Source of the DNA: Octopus sinensis
Lineage: Eukaryota
Direction of reading: 5' to 3'
Assembly (NCBI RefSeq): GCF_006345805.1
Contig: NW_021823933.1
Span: 1-22,295 of the forward strand
DNA: 22,295 bases
Position numbers and translations under genes: made by a program. Positions 19,404 to 22,295 of this stretch are shown piece after piece (within the stretch, counting starts at the first letter, position 1; each line of letters opens with the position of its first letter). Under the pieces are notes generated by a model. That model searched no databases and was not told the origin of the DNA. It saw only the letters and a list, made by a program, of their open reading frames with translations.

Positions 19404-20960
19404 GCCCGTGAAAAACTATACACATACAGGTAGAGTGAGGGACATTAATTAATTGAATATGATTTTTCCCTCTTCTCATACACATTAAAATGTGATTAAA
19501 AATGTAAGGGCAAGTATTTATTGACCTTTTTCTTTCCTGTAAAAATCGGCACGAAATTTCCGGACAACCCAATGAGTATTTTGAGTAGGAATCGGAAAGA
19601 AGAATGAACACGCGGTGCGCATGTGCACACTGAATTCGTAAGACAGAAGAGAAGATAAAAACCACAATGCGCATGTCAAATAAAATGGAGACAAGAATAA
19701 AGACGTAATGTCAAACAAGTTATATGATGGTCTGCATGTCACGTCTGAAATCTCTATTACGCAGCTTTGTTGCAATTTTGTGTTGCTCATTTTTTCTTTT
19801 TTAATATCGAATTTTTGAGAGGAGGTTGGATTGTTAGAATCGGCAGAGCATCAGCCCAAACACCATATCGTATTTAGTTACATTGCTTTACGGTTGGAGT
19901 TCGAACCTCATTGGGGTCCATTTCACGTTTTCGGGAAGAGATTACATCAATAAAATAAGTAACATCAAAGTACAATGGCCGGTATGTGTGATATGTTCTG
20001 CTTATCTTTGTACCTAAACCTTTTTTATTGTTTATTCAAGAAGGAAGAAGAGTTTCCATGAATCTGTAAAAGGTCTCCGTAAACTGAAGGAAGCAAGGTA
20101 TCCTGTCTTGACTATTTGCAACAGAAAGGACTACGCTAAAAGAATCCCCATGACCAGGTGGTGGTATTAAACGGGGTGGTGTACTGAGTCTACCACCCAA
20201 GTAGGCGTAGCGGTGTTTGAACTCAAAACAAAAACAAAGCCAGAACAAATACCGCAAGGTATCCGGTCCGAAGGCTCTAACGATTTCATCAATCCTTCAC
20301 TCTCGGTATTTGTTTATTGATCCGGGATCTATGTAAAGCGAAGTTTATCTTGGTGAGATTTGAATTCAGAGCGCAAGAAGATGGAATAAAAGCCGCGTGA
20401 TACATCGTCCGACTCTGACGATTTCCCTCGCCCATCACACAAGACAGACACTTTATTTATCAACCCTGGAGGACGGTAACGCAAAACTGACCTTGGCGGG
20501 ACTTGGACTTAGAACGTCAGAAACCAGAATAAATATCGCAAGACATTTCGTCTGATGCTCGAACGACTTTGCCAGTTGACCGCCAGAAAGTTATAGTTTC
20601 CCCCTGTCTCATGTTTAGATAGTTTTCTGATATTTAATGATATAGTAACGCCTTTATGTATACGCTTTACTCTTTTACTTGTTTCAGTCATTTGACTGCG
20701 GCCACGCCTTTAATCGAGCAAATCGACCCCAGGACTTATTCTTTGTAAGCCTAGTACTTATTCTATCGCTCTTTTGCCGAACCGGTAAGTTACGCGGACG
20801 TAAACACACCAGCATCGGTTGTCAAGCGATGCTGGGGAGACAAACACAGACACACAAACATATACACGCCACATACATACATACATATATATATGTATAT
20901 ATATGTATATATATGTATATATATATATTATATATATTATATATATATATATTATTATAT

Positions 20961-21009
<49 letters not shown>

Positions 21010-21027
21010 ATATATATATGTATACAC

Positions 21028-21050
<23 letters not shown>
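19404..21050 (+). repeat. Tandem duplication, unit 2
   Basis: Near-identical to unit 1; the differences are small indels. Confidence 0.97.
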
Positions 21051-21062
<12 letters not shown>

Positions 21063-21101
21063 TATATATATATTATATATAATATATATATATATATATA
21101 T

Positions 21102-21205
21102 AGGTAAAGTCGATGTCAGCAGAATTTGAACTCAGAAGGTAAAAGCGGAAGAAATGCCACGAAGCATTATATCCGGCGCGTTAAGGATTCTGTCAGCTCA
21201 CCGCC
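21102..21205 (-). mobile_element. SINE family B head fragment
   Basis: GGTAAAGTCGATGTCAGCAGAATTTGAACTCAGAA...TGTCAGCTCACCGCCT. Confidence 0.8.
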
Positions 21206-21233
21206 TTTATCTTTACGTCTATTGCCAAGGGAT

Positions 21234-21605
21234 CGTGGCACTCCGTCGGTTACGACGACAAGAGTTCCAATCAACGGAACGGCCTGCTCGTGAAATTAAC
21301 GTGCAAGTGGCTGAACACTCCACGGACACGTGTACCCTTAACGTAGTTCTCAGGGAGATTCAGCATGACACAGAGTGTGACAAGGCTGGTCCTTTGAAAT
21401 GCAGGTGTAACAGAAACAGGAAGAAAGAGAGAGGAAGTTGTGGTGAAAGAGTACAGCAGGTTTCCCCACCATCCCCTGCCAGAGCCTCGTGGAGATTTAG
21501 GTGTTTTCTCTCAATAAACACTCACAACGCCTGGTCTGGGAATCGAAACCGCGATCCTATGACAGCGAGTCCGCTGCCCTGACCACTGGGCCATTGCGCC
21601 TCCAC
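21234..21605 (-). mobile_element. SINE family C, full length, with a 13-bp target-site duplication
   Basis: A box TGGCCCAGTGG and B box GGTTTCGATTCCC. ATTGCCAAGGGAT occurs at 21221-21233 and 21606-21618. Confidence 0.92.
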
Positions 21606-21854
21606 ATTGCCAAGGGATACACAACTTGGCTATCTACGCCAGCGTCCATCTAGGAATCGAAAATGTTTCGCAGGCCTTTGTTTACCGGGAACAATCTTTT
21701 ATTCTAATGAGATATTTTTCTTTTTGCTTTGGACTCGTAAGGCCGCTTACTTGGTATTCCTGGTGTATAAGCGACGGAGCCGAGATCACAAGATTCCCTC
21801 TGGACGGGACGCTTGTCCGTTACAGGTTTCATGGCCAGAAATTTGGAGGGAAGC

Positions 21855-22010
21855 AGACAAGTTGATTACATCGACCCCAGTACTTGATTGATACTTTATT
21901 TCATCGACCTCGAAAGGCTGAAGGGCAAAATCAACCTCAGCAGAATTTGAACTCAGAACATAAAGCCGAAAGAAATGCTGTTAAGCATTTCTTTCCGATT
22001 CTATCAATTC
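21855..22010 (-). mobile_element. SINE family B fragment
   Basis: ATCGACCCCAGTAC...GAAAGGCTGAAGGGCAAAATCAACCTCAGCAGAATTTGAACTCAGAA. Confidence 0.82.
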
Positions 22011-22239
22011 GCTGTTTCTAATGACATTTGGCAGGCAACAAAAGAATTTGGGAAACAAAGAAAACAAAATAAAAAGCGAAAAAACCCCCTCAAACACACA
22101 CACAAACAAACGAAGGAACTCATTACCGCCCCCCCTCTTCTTCCTTTTCTATATTATTTTTACCTGGAAGTTTATTTATTTCCTTACGTTTGGCACTGAT
22201 CCGAAGAAAATACTTAACAAAAGAGATCGGGAAACTGTC

Positions 22240-22295
22240 TTGTGTTTTATTTACTTATCGTTCTTTGAAAGTCATTTTGAACAGCGGCCATGCTG
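22240..22295 (-). mobile_element. SINE family A tail, cut by the window edge
   Basis: GTCATTTTGAACAGCGGCCATGCTG, as at 4900-4920. Confidence 0.65.

Overview
Repeat-saturated, AT-rich eukaryotic genomic DNA. By SINE types and microsatellite load it is most likely cephalopod (octopus-like); this is an inference. No intact gene is present. It holds decayed retroelements from five groups: two R4/Dong-type LINE fragments (1-957, ~3760-4480), a Penelope-like element (PLE) GIY-YIG remnant split by an internally deleted mariner, an RTE 3' end, a ~2.85-kb 5'-truncated CR1 (8531-11380) plus a second CR1 3' end, and a Tx1/L1 endonuclease fragment. There are also more than 20 tRNA-headed SINE copies or fragments, long microsatellites, and a near-identical 1643-bp tandem duplication (17761-~21050) that may be an assembly artefact. 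One plausible host coding exon lies at 17135-17253 (+), suggesting the window is intronic. I found no evidence for a novel multi-gene system. The best leads are retroelement-level: a degenerate hammerhead behind the PLE endonuclease, LINEs lodged in microsatellites, and an unclassified repeat family present in 3-4 copies. Most ORFs in the supplied track are microsatellite or antisense artefacts. Family assignments come from motif recognition by eye, not database searches, and SINE boundaries are approximate.
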